Assembly: GCA_004297395.1 (NCBI GenBank)
Contig: SCUO01000038.1
Location: forward strand, 6,154-70,153
Length of the DNA: 64,000 bases
Direction of reading: 5' to 3'
From: Chloroflexota bacterium
Lineage (GTDB): Bacteria > Chloroflexota > Limnocylindria > Limnocylindrales > CSP1-4
Shown in pieces: positions 27,996 through 36,533 of this stretch (the stretch's first letter is position 1; the number at the start of each line of letters is the position of its first letter). The notes under the pieces were generated by a model, which searched no databases, was not told where the DNA came from, and saw only the letters and a list, made by a program, of their open reading frames with translations. The position numbers and the translations under genes were made by a program.

Positions 27996-28799
27996 GTGAA
28001 CGTCCTCGTCTGCGTCAAGCGCGTGCCCCAGACCGGGGGCCGGATCGTCCTGACCACCGACGGCCAGGAGATCGACACGAAGTTCCTGGGCTTCACCGTC
28101 AGCCCGCACGAGGAGTGCGCCGTCGAGGAGGCGGTCCGGATCGTGGAGGCCGGCGGCGGGTCGTCGACGGTCCTGACGCTCGGGCCGGGGGCGGCCGAGG
28201 ACCAGCTTCGGGACGCGATGGCCCTCGGCATCGATCGGGCGATCCTCCTCGAGACCGATGGCTCGGAGTGGGACCCGGTCTCGACGGCGGCGGCGATCGC
28301 GGAAGCCATTCGGGCCGACGAGGCGGCCCGCGGCGCCTACGACGTCGTCCTGTTCGGCAATGAATCGGCCGACGCGGGCGGGTTCCAGGTCGGGATCCGG
28401 GTTGCGGTCGCGCTCGGCCGGCCGGTCGTCACCGGGCTCAAGGGCCTCGAGATCGGCGAGGGTCGGCTGACGGCCCGGCGCGAGGCGCCGAGTGGCGGCT
28501 GGGAGACCTACGACCTCGCGCTGCCGGCGGTCGTCGGCGTGAAGGAGGGCATCAACCTCCCCCGCTACCCGTCGGTCCCGGGCCGGCTGCGGGCGAAGAA
28601 GAAGGAGATCGAGCGGGTTCCTGTCGGTGCGGCGAGTGGGGGACCGGCGGCCGCTGCCGGCGCCGCGCTCGGTCCGTCGATGGTCGTCCTTCGGCTGCCC
28701 GAGGAGCAGCGCTCCGAGGCCGAGGTCATCGGCCGCGGCGCAGACGCCGCGCCGGCCGTCGTGGACCTCCTCGAGAAGATCGGGGTCCTGGGCTCGTGA
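27996..28799 (+). CDS. etfB: Electron transfer flavoprotein beta subunit
   Basis: MNVLVCVKRVPQTGG...VSPHEECAVEEAVR...VLFGNESADAGGFQVG matches canonical EtfB blocks. Confidence 0.9.
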   Translation: MNVLVCVKRVPQTGGRIVLTTDGQEIDTKFLGFTVSPHEECAVEEAVRIVEAGGGSSTVLTLGPGAAEDQLRDAMALGIDRAILLETDGSEWDPVSTAAAIAEAIRADEAARGAYDVVLFGNESADAGGFQVGIRVAVALGRPVVTGLKGLEIGEGRLTARREAPSGGWETYDLALPAVVGVKEGINLPRYPSVPGRLRAKKKEIERVPVGAASGGPAAAAGAALGPSMVVLRLPEEQRSEAEVIGRGADAAPAVVDLLEKIGVLGS

Positions 28800-29788
28800 G
28801 CGGTCCGATCCTCGTCTTCGTCGAGCACGCGAGCGGCGAGGCTGATCGCGTCTCGCTCGAGACGCTGGCGTTCGCACGGGGCCTGGCGTCCAGCCTCGGC
28901 GGCGTCGCCGTGGAGGCCCTGCTGATCGGTCCGGGCGCCGAGCTCGGGCCGTCGCTCGGGGCCCATGGCGTCGCGACCGCTCACGTCGTCGAGGACGCCG
29001 CGATCGCCGGGGTGTACGCGCCGGGAGCGTGGGGCGCAGCCCTGGCCTCGCTGGCAACGGCACGCGGCGCGGCGGCCGTCCTCGCGCCCGGCTCCGACCG
29101 CGGGGCCGAGGTGCTGGCCCACGCCGCCGCCCGGCTCGGGTTGCCATCCGCCGCCAACGTCCTGTCGGTGATCCCGGGTGACCCGTGGCGGCTCACCCGC
29201 CAGCGCTGGGCCGGCAGCCTGCTCGAGGACGCGACCCTCGACGGGCCGATGCGGCTGCTCAGCGTCGCGCCGCATGCCGTGCCCGTCGACGAGCGGCCAG
29301 GCTCCCCGGCCGCGGCCATCGCGCAGTTCTCGCCGAGCGTCTCCGCCGCAGACCTCGCCGTCCGCGTCACGGGCCACGAGGCCCCGGCTGCCGGCTCGGT
29401 CTCGCTCAGCGACGCCAAGGTCGTGGTGGGCGGCGGGCGCGGCGTCGGCTCCGCGGCCGCGTTCTCCGAGCTCGAGGAGCTCGCCGATCTCCTCGGCGGC
29501 GCCGTCGGCGTGTCCCGGGTCGTGACCTCCAACGGCTGGCGGCCCCACACCCAGCAGGTGGGCCAGACCGGCCAGCGGATCGCGCCCGATCTCTACATCG
29601 CCTGCGGCATCAGCGGCGCGATCCAGCACATCGTCGGCTGCAAGGCCGCCAAGCGGATCCTCGCCATCAACACCGACCCCGAGTCGCCGATCATGTCCGT
29701 CGCCGACTTCGCCGTGATCGGCGACCTCCACGCGGTCCTGCCCGCGATCTCCGCGGAGATCCGTCGGCGCCGCGGCCACGGACAGTGA
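28796..29788 (+). CDS. etfA: Electron transfer flavoprotein alpha subunit
   Basis: The GTG overlaps the etfB stop. The C-terminal FAD block is QVGQTGQRIAPDLYIACGISGAIQH..G...AK.ILAINTDPESPI. Confidence 0.9.
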   Translation: MSGPILVFVEHASGEADRVSLETLAFARGLASSLGGVAVEALLIGPGAELGPSLGAHGVATAHVVEDAAIAGVYAPGAWGAALASLATARGAAAVLAPGSDRGAEVLAHAAARLGLPSAANVLSVIPGDPWRLTRQRWAGSLLEDATLDGPMRLLSVAPHAVPVDERPGSPAAAIAQFSPSVSAADLAVRVTGHEAPAAGSVSLSDAKVVVGGGRGVGSAAAFSELEELADLLGGAVGVSRVVTSNGWRPHTQQVGQTGQRIAPDLYIACGISGAIQHIVGCKAAKRILAINTDPESPIMSVADFAVIGDLHAVLPAISAEIRRRRGHGQ

Positions 29789-30453
29789 AGCTTCTACTGA
29801 CCTCCGCCGGCATCAGGAACCCGAGCATCCACGATGCGCTGCTCGACCTCCTGGGCAAACCGATTGCCGAGGCCACGGCCCTCTGCATCCCCACTGCCTC
29901 CTACGCCCAGCCCGGCGGTGCCGGCCGCGCCTGGGCCTTCATCAGCGGACGGGAACCGATCACGCCAATGTGCGAGCTGGGCTGGAAGTCGCTCGGCGTG
30001 CTGGAGCTCACCGCGCTGCCGAGCATCGACGAAGCACTCTGGGTTCCCATGGTCCGCCAGATCGACGTCCTGCTCGTGAACGGCGGCGACCCCCTGTACC
30101 TTGCCCACTGGATGCGGCAGTCAGGGCTGGCCGACCTCCTCCCGTCGCTGCGCCAGACCGTCTATGTCGGGCTGAGCGCCGGGAGCATGGTCATGACGCC
30201 GAGGATCGGGGAGGACTTCGTCGACTGGCGGCCGCCCACAGGCGGCGATGCGACGCTGGGCCTGGTCGACTTCTCGATCTTCCCGCACCTGGACCACCCG
30301 GCCCTGCCGGAGAACACCATGGCCGACGCCGAGCGTTGGGCGGCCGGCATGTCGGTGCCGGCCTATGCGATCGACGACGAGACAGCCATCAAGGTGACCG
30401 ACGCTGCGTTCGAGGTCGTGTCCGAGGGACACTGGAAGCACTTCCCGCGCTGA
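29785..30453 (+). CDS. Peptidase family S51 (dipeptidase E-like)
   Basis: GTG 29785 overlaps the etfA stop (GTGA). Motifs KLLLTSAG, VNGGDPLYL and GLSAGSMV (nucleophile Ser context) are typical of S51. Confidence 0.7.
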   Translation: MKLLLTSAGIRNPSIHDALLDLLGKPIAEATALCIPTASYAQPGGAGRAWAFISGREPITPMCELGWKSLGVLELTALPSIDEALWVPMVRQIDVLLVNGGDPLYLAHWMRQSGLADLLPSLRQTVYVGLSAGSMVMTPRIGEDFVDWRPPTGGDATLGLVDFSIFPHLDHPALPENTMADAERWAAGMSVPAYAIDDETAIKVTDAAFEVVSEGHWKHFPR

Positions 30454-30502
30454 TCCCCGGGTCGATCGCGAGGGCTGGCTCGCGCCGTAGACTCCGCGGA
30501 CC

Positions 30503-31330
30503 GTGGATGACGAGGCCCTGACGAGCAACCGCGAGCTGTGGGACGCGTGGACGAAGATCCACGTCGGATCCGAGTTCTATGACGTCGAATCGTTCCGCGA
30601 CGGCCGGAAGCCGATCCGGGTCGAGGACTACGAGATCGCCGAGGTCGGGAGCGTCGAGGGCAGGCGCCTGCTCCATCTCCAGTGCCATTTCGGGCTCGAC
30701 ACCCTGTCGTGGGCCCGGCTCGGGGCGGACGTCACCGGGGTGGACTTCAGCGCCGAGGCGATCGCCGCGGCCCGTGCCCTGGCCGCGGACGTCGACATAA
30801 ATGCCCGCTTCGTCCAGTCCGACGTCTACCGCCTGCCCGAGGTCCTCGACGACCAGTTCGACATCGTCTACACCTCGTGCGGCGTCCTCGGCTGGCTGCC
30901 CGACATCCAGGCCTGGGCGCGCGTCGCGGCGCGCTTCGTCAAGCCCGGCGGGTTCCTGTACCTGACCGAGATCCACCCGGTCGCCCAGGTCTTCGACGAC
31001 GAGGGCGTCGAGCCCGGCCAGCTCCGGCTCCGGTATCCCTACTGGTCACACCGCGATCCGCTACGGTTCGAGGTCCAGGGCTCGTATGCCGATCCGACGG
31101 CACCGACCGAAGGACTCGTTGAATACGGCTGGGACCACTCGCTCGGCGAGATCGTCACGGCAATCGCCGACGCCGGCCTTCGGCTCGACTTCCTCCACGA
31201 GCTCGACTTCGTCCGCTGGCCCACGCCATTCCTGGTCGAGGGCGCCGATGGGCGGTACCGACTGCCGCCCGATACCCCCGGCCAGCTGCCGCTGTTCTTC
31301 TCGCTCAAGGCCTCGAAGCCCGCCGCCTAG
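30503..31330 (+). CDS. Class I SAM-dependent methyltransferase
   Basis: Motif I is LLHLQCHFGLDTLSWARLGADVTGVDFS; post-I is QSDVY; LKPGG-like is VKPGGFLYL. Confidence 0.75.
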   Translation: MDDEALTSNRELWDAWTKIHVGSEFYDVESFRDGRKPIRVEDYEIAEVGSVEGRRLLHLQCHFGLDTLSWARLGADVTGVDFSAEAIAAARALAADVDINARFVQSDVYRLPEVLDDQFDIVYTSCGVLGWLPDIQAWARVAARFVKPGGFLYLTEIHPVAQVFDDEGVEPGQLRLRYPYWSHRDPLRFEVQGSYADPTAPTEGLVEYGWDHSLGEIVTAIADAGLRLDFLHELDFVRWPTPFLVEGADGRYRLPPDTPGQLPLFFSLKASKPAA

Positions 31331-31352
31331 TAGGCCCCTCGCGACGCGCCAT

Positions 31353-31571
31353 TCAGCGACGGCGGATCCGGTCGAGGAGGTTCCGCTTTCGCGCGTGTGC
31401 TGCGGTGGGCGAGCGACCGTAGTACTCGAGCTGCTCCAGGTCGTGAAGCTCGGCCTCGTCGAGCGCGGCACGCTCGGCCGCGACCTCCCGGTGCCGGGCC
31501 GCGCGGACCGCCGCCCCGCAGAACACCCGGCGCGCGATCTCGGCGGGGATCGATGGATTTGATTCCGGCAT
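31353..31571 (-). CDS. Small hypothetical protein (72 aa)
   Basis: ATG 31571 within ORF 31353..31613. The only support is ORF length and codon bias. Confidence 0.3.
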   Translation of the reverse strand: MPESNPSIPAEIARRVFCGAAVRAARHREVAAERAALDEAELHDLEQLEYYGRSPTAAHARKRNLLDRIRRR

Positions 31572-31702
31572 ACCGCGACTCCTGGAGCATCGACGGAGCC
31601 GTCGATGCCTCATCCTCCGCCCGCCGTTCGCCAGCGCCTAGGGACAAACGTCCCGAATGCCCCTGCGGGCCGGCGCGGGCGCTGTAGGCCGCTGCTCGGT
31701 CC

Positions 31703-31738
31703 GAGTGTGCTAGCGTATGCGCATAGCAACGCACACTC
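31703..31738. promoter_or_regulatory. Nested palindrome upstream of vapB (candidate VapB operator)
   Basis: gagtgtgc (31703-31710) pairs with gcacactc (31731-31738), enclosing the perfect palindrome tatgcgcata (31716-31725). The element ends 13 nt before the vapB ATG. Confidence 0.5.
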
Positions 31739-31750
31739 GGAGCGATCGAG

Positions 31751-31996
31751 ATGGCCCTCACCCGAACCAACCTGACCCTGCCGGAGGAGCTCCTTCGCCA
31801 GGTCGACGAGATCGCCGGCCCGCGCGGCCGGAGCCGCTACGTCGCCGATGCGGTGGCCCAGCGGGTGAAGCGGGACCGCCTCCGGCGGGCGATCGAGGAT
31901 TCCTACGGATCCCTCGTCCCACCGGGCGGACGCCCGATGACCCGCGAGGAGGTCAGCGCCTGGGTCCGCAAGCAACGCGATGAAGTCACCGACTGA
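31751..31996 (+). CDS. vapB: Ribbon-helix-helix (CopG/VapB-type) antitoxin
   Basis: MALTRTNLTLPEELLRQVDEIAG..RSRYVADAV has an RHH beta-strand plus helices pattern. It is immediately upstream of a PIN gene. Confidence 0.8.
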   Translation: MALTRTNLTLPEELLRQVDEIAGPRGRSRYVADAVAQRVKRDRLRRAIEDSYGSLVPPGGRPMTREEVSAWVRKQRDEVTD

Positions 31997-32384
31997 GATG
32001 CGCTACCTGCTCGACTCGACGCTCCTGATCGATCATGCCAACCGCGAACCGGCGGCCCTCGCGATGCTCCGTCGGCTGTTCGAGGAGGGCCACGACCTCT
32101 ACACCTGTGACGTGGTGACGTGCGAAACACTCTCGTTCGGGGGAGCCGATTCGAGCGACCTGCGGCACATCGAGTCACTGCTCGATGCCCTTGAGTTTGT
32201 TGCCCTTGGCCCCTCGGCGGCTCGTTGGGCCGGCTCGTCCCGACGTGCTCGCCACCGTGCGGGCGGCAAGCGCGCCGTCGGCGACGCTCTGATTGCAGGT
32301 CTCGCAATCGAGCTTGGGGCCGTCGTAGTGACTCGGAACGTTCGCGACTTCACCCGGCAGGGGGTCGAGACGCTGACCTACTGA
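31980..32384 (+). CDS. vapC: PIN-domain toxin (VapC)
   Basis: RYLLDSTLLID contains the first acidic residue. GDALIAGLAIELGAVVVTRNVRDF matches the C-terminal PIN block. The start is ATG 31980 (17-nt overlap with vapB) or ATG 31998. Confidence 0.8.
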   Translation: MKSPTEMRYLLDSTLLIDHANREPAALAMLRRLFEEGHDLYTCDVVTCETLSFGGADSSDLRHIESLLDALEFVALGPSAARWAGSSRRARHRAGGKRAVGDALIAGLAIELGAVVVTRNVRDFTRQGVETLTY

Positions 32385-33664
32385 GAGGGCCGAGGCTCGC
32401 CGTGGATCCGCCGTGGGGTGAGCGTGAACGTGCCGGCGAGCAGCACGACCGCCATGCCGGCCACGAGCCAGCCGGCAAGGGCGAAGTCGCCGGTCGCGTC
32501 GCGGAGGGTGCCCAGGAAGACCGGTCCGACCGACGAGATCAGGTAGCCGACGAGGAGCATCAGCGCCGCGACGGACGACGCCTCGGCCGGTGAATCGGCG
32601 GCATCGAGGGGCAATGTCAGGCACAACGGGAACGTCAGCCCGACGCCGAAGCCGAAGAGGGCCACCGAGGGCACCCCGAGCGGGTCGGCGAGCGCTCCAC
32701 CGGACGGGCCGGCGGCCACGCCGATTGCCCCGACGACGGCAATGGCCGACGCGGCCGCCAGCTGCCCGCGCCTGGACGGCAGGAGGCGTGTGGCGAGCGG
32801 CACGATGAGGGTGGCCAGGATTCCGACGCCCGAGAACATCGCGGTCAGGTACGCGCCCTCGGTCGCCGTCCAGCCGCGCTCGAGATAGATGCTCGCCAGC
32901 CAGGCGACCCCGGCATGGAAGAGCAGCGACTGGATCCCGAACACGAGACCGAATAGCCAGGCGACGCCGCGCCGCCACGGCAGGTGCGGCAGCCGCGGCG
33001 CGACCCGCCGCTCGTGGCCGTCATGTGGGGCCAGCAGCCACCACGCCACGAACAGGCCGAGCGCGAAGACCGCGATCCCCCCGAACGCCCCGCGCCAGCC
33101 ACCGAAGGCGCCGGCGAGCGTGACCGCCAGGGCCGCGCTCGACGAGGCCCCCACGATGTAGCCCATCGCGTACGCGCCCGTGCCGAGCTCCGGGTTTCGC
33201 GGCGCCGAGCGCCGGACGACCTGGGCCAGGACCGGCCCGACGACGCCCATCCCGATGCCGATCCCGATCGTGAGGAGGATCACGGGCACGGCCCCCGGGG
33301 CGATCGCCCGGAGCAGCCCGAACCCACCGACCGCGGCGAGGCATGCCGCGACGGCCCGGGTCGGCCCGATCGAGGCCGCCAGGACCGGCCCGAATGGGGC
33401 GAGGAAGGCCATGCACAGGACCGGGATCGTGTTCAGGAGGCCGGCCACGCCGTGGGGGACGTTGAGATCGGCCTGGATCTCCGGCAGCAGCGGCCCCACG
33501 ACGAGCACCTGGCCGCGGAAGGCGAGGCCGGCCACGAACAGCGCGAGGACGACCTGCCAGATGGGCGCGTCTGACCTGGCGGGCGCCGCGACCGCCGCCT
33601 CGACGCCGAGATCGCCCTCGGCAGCGGCCGTGGCCTCAGGCGCGGTCGAGCCTTCGCTCGTCAC
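32378..33664 (-). CDS. MFS transporter (CynX/NimT-like)
   Basis: About 12 TM helices. GTG 33664 overlaps the IclR stop (GTGA), so it is co-transcribed with the regulator. Confidence 0.8.
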   Translation of the reverse strand: MTSEGSTAPEATAAAEGDLGVEAAVAAPARSDAPIWQVVLALFVAGLAFRGQVLVVGPLLPEIQADLNVPHGVAGLLNTIPVLCMAFLAPFGPVLAASIGPTRAVAACLAAVGGFGLLRAIAPGAVPVILLTIGIGIGMGVVGPVLAQVVRRSAPRNPELGTGAYAMGYIVGASSSAALAVTLAGAFGGWRGAFGGIAVFALGLFVAWWLLAPHDGHERRVAPRLPHLPWRRGVAWLFGLVFGIQSLLFHAGVAWLASIYLERGWTATEGAYLTAMFSGVGILATLIVPLATRLLPSRRGQLAAASAIAVVGAIGVAAGPSGGALADPLGVPSVALFGFGVGLTFPLCLTLPLDAADSPAEASSVAALMLLVGYLISSVGPVFLGTLRDATGDFALAGWLVAGMAVVLLAGTFTLTPRRIHGEPRPSQ

Positions 33665-34413
33665 GTGCCGGCCCGAAGACGCGCCCCGACCCGGGCCGCG
33701 GCGGACCGCACCGCCTGGGCCACCGAATCCTCACGGCCAGGGGCCGGGAACCGGTACGACGGGCCGTGGACGTGGATCGCGGCCACGACCTCCCCGTCCA
33801 CGCCCGCGACCGGCGCGGCGACGGACGTGATCCCGGTCGCCAGCTCCTCGCGGGCCCAGGCGTGGCCGTCGCGCCGGACGTCCCGCAGCCGCTCCAGGAG
33901 CGTGGCCGCGTCGGTGACCGTGGCCGGCGTGAACCGCTCGAGCGGCTCGGCCAGAAAGCGGGCCAGGACCGGCGCCCCGAGGTGGGCCAGGAAGACCTGG
34001 CCGGAGGAGACGGCGTGCATCGGGATGCGGGTGCCGGTCCAGTCGCGGACCTGGACGGGGTTGTGCGAATCGACCTGGTCCACGTAGTGGGCTGCCTGCC
34101 CGTCCGGGACCGACAGCCCGGCTGCCTCGCCGGTCTCGGCCGCGAGGTCGACGAGGGCCGGGCGGGCGATCGCCACGAGCCCGCGCCGCTCGCGCAGGCC
34201 CGAGGCCAGCGCGGCGATCCGCGGCCCCAACCGATAGCGGGTCTCGCCCGGCATCTGCTCCACCGCGCCTTCGCGCTCGAGCGAGGCGAGCAGCCTCGCG
34301 GCGGTCGATTTCGGGAGGCGCGCCCGCCCGGCGACCTCGGTCACGCCGAGCGGCCCGCCGACGAGCGAACCGAGCACGGCGAAGGCTCGCTCGATGCTCT
34401 GGACTCTGGACAT
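33661..34413 (-). CDS. IclR-family transcriptional regulator
   Basis: The N-terminal wHTH is VQSIERAFAVLGSL...GVTEVAGRARLPKSTAARLLASLEREGAV. The C-terminal part is an IclR effector domain. Confidence 0.85.
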   Translation of the reverse strand: MSRVQSIERAFAVLGSLVGGPLGVTEVAGRARLPKSTAARLLASLEREGAVEQMPGETRYRLGPRIAALASGLRERRGLVAIARPALVDLAAETGEAAGLSVPDGQAAHYVDQVDSHNPVQVRDWTGTRIPMHAVSSGQVFLAHLGAPVLARFLAEPLERFTPATVTDAATLLERLRDVRRDGHAWAREELATGITSVAAPVAGVDGEVVAAIHVHGPSYRFPAPGREDSVAQAVRSAAARVGARLRAGT

Positions 34414-34447
34414 CGGACCTCGTGTCGGCTAGGCTGGCGGCCGGTTC

Positions 34448-34498
34448 GTTCCATCATACGGCATCGTTCCACGATGTGGCACCGCCACCCGATGGAAC
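34448..34498. promoter_or_regulatory. GTTCCA repeat / inverted-repeat cluster in the iclR-corrinoid divergent region
   Basis: gttccatc at 34448-34455, gttccac at 34466-34472 and gatggaac at 34491-34498 (the reverse complement of the first). This is an AT-richer patch in a 166-bp divergent intergenic region. Confidence 0.45.
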
Positions 34499-34579
34499 CC
34501 GTCTTCGCCGGCGATCGGGCGGCCCCACACCATCCCCGCCTCGCGGGGTGGCCGCGAATGCAGGGAGCCAGACCAACCG

Positions 34580-35281
<702 letters not shown>

Positions 35282-35400
35282 GGATGGATCGTCGGCGCGC
35301 CAATGCGAGCGCCGCCGAAGGCGGAGCCGAGGACGCGAGCGAGCGCCCTTCGAACGTGCGGGACAGAGCGCCCGGCGGCGACAACGCACGCCGGCGCCGC

Positions 35401-36222
35401 ATGAGCGCGCCGCTCGTGATCGGGTGCGGGGCGCTGGCTCGAGAACTGGTCGCGCTGACCCGCCGCGCGGGCTTCCCCGAGGTCGACCTGACCTGCCTGC
35501 CGGCGACGCTCCACAACCGGCCGGAGCAGATCCCCGAGGCCGTCCGTGCCCGGATCCGCCGGGCCCGGGCCGCGGGTCGCGAGCAGCTGTTCGTCGCCTA
35601 CGCCGATTGCGGCACCGGCGGGCTCCTCGATCGGGTCCTCGAGGAAGAGGGCGTCGCCCGCCTCGAGGGCGCCCATTGCTACGAGGTCTACGCCGGCCGG
35701 GCCGCGTTCGCCGCCCTGGCCGAGGCCGAGCCGGGGACGTTCTACCTCACCGATTTCCTCGCCCGGAACTTCGAGCGACTCGTGGTCCGGGGCCTGGGCC
35801 TGGATCGCCACCCGGAGCTGCTGCCGCTCTACTTCGGCAACTACACTCGGGTCCTCTACCTCGCCCAGACCGACGATCCGGCGCTGACCGCCGCCGCCCG
35901 CCGCGGTGCCCGCCGCCTGGGCCTCCGCTTCGAGCGCCGCTTCACCGGCTACGGCGAGCTCGGCGAGGCACTGGCGATCGCCGCCGCAGGGGCCGTACCA
36001 GCGGCTGACGCTGAGCCTGACCCGCAGTCAGCTGCGCTTGACCCACAGTCACAAGATCCTGCGCGGACCGTACCGGCGGGCGGTGAGGGCAGCCGTTCCT
36101 TGACCGTTGGACACAGGACCGGTGGCTACGGCCGAATCCGGGGTCGCGGAGGGGAGGCTGCGCAGGTCTCCGTGACTGCCAGACAAGGGGAGGAGGTCGG
36201 CGCCGCATGGCCGGGCAGCTGA
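35401..36222 (+). CDS. DUF1638-domain protein with low-complexity C-terminal tail
   Basis: The MSAPLVIGCGALARELV...YADCGTGG...FYLTDFLARNFE pattern fits DUF1638. ATG 35284 is an alternative start. The last ~75 codons are low-complexity and overlap the next gene by 16 nt. Confidence 0.65.
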   Translation: MSAPLVIGCGALARELVALTRRAGFPEVDLTCLPATLHNRPEQIPEAVRARIRRARAAGREQLFVAYADCGTGGLLDRVLEEEGVARLEGAHCYEVYAGRAAFAALAEAEPGTFYLTDFLARNFERLVVRGLGLDRHPELLPLYFGNYTRVLYLAQTDDPALTAAARRGARRLGLRFERRFTGYGELGEALAIAAAGAVPAADAEPDPQSAALDPQSQDPARTVPAGGEGSRSLTVGHRTGGYGRIRGRGGEAAQVSVTARQGEEVGAAWPGS

Positions 36223-36533
36223 CCGTGATCTGGTGGCGCGACATCCCCGCCCAGGTCGTGGCCAAGGATCGCCGCCAATCCCACAAGGTCGTGCTCCATC
36301 CGCGCTTCCAGGTGGCGATCGACAAGGCCGCGATGAAGGCCGGTCGCAAGGCCTTCGGCGACTACATCGAGGACTGGCGTCGCGAGGGCCGGAGCTGCGG
36401 CGAGGACCTGGAGGCCGAGGCCAATGCCGAGGCCGCCCGGCTGGAGGCCCACTACACCCGCGATGTCCTGGCCCGTCTCGTCGCATCCGGCGGCCTCGAC
36501 CCGGATCGCGCCCCGGACGACCGGACCGCATGA
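36207..36533 (+). CDS. Small conserved protein of the family usually annotated 'virulence factor' (function unknown)
   Basis: LTVIWWRDIPAQVVAKD...LHPRFQVAIDKAAMKAG...DYIEDWRR is preceded by ggggaggagg. From memory, this family is recurrently found beside corrinoid methyltransferase genes. Confidence 0.6.
   Translation: MAGQLTVIWWRDIPAQVVAKDRRQSHKVVLHPRFQVAIDKAAMKAGRKAFGDYIEDWRREGRSCGEDLEAEANAEAARLEAHYTRDVLARLVASGGLDPDRAPDDRTA

Noticed and set aside
34414-34579. A cobalamin riboswitch upstream of the corrinoid-protein operon.
   Set aside because: I could not find the conserved B12-box-like core, and the region is short (166 bp) and shared with the divergent iclR promoter. The GTTCCA dyads explain the conspicuous sequence better. 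A covariance-model scan would be needed for a definitive negative.
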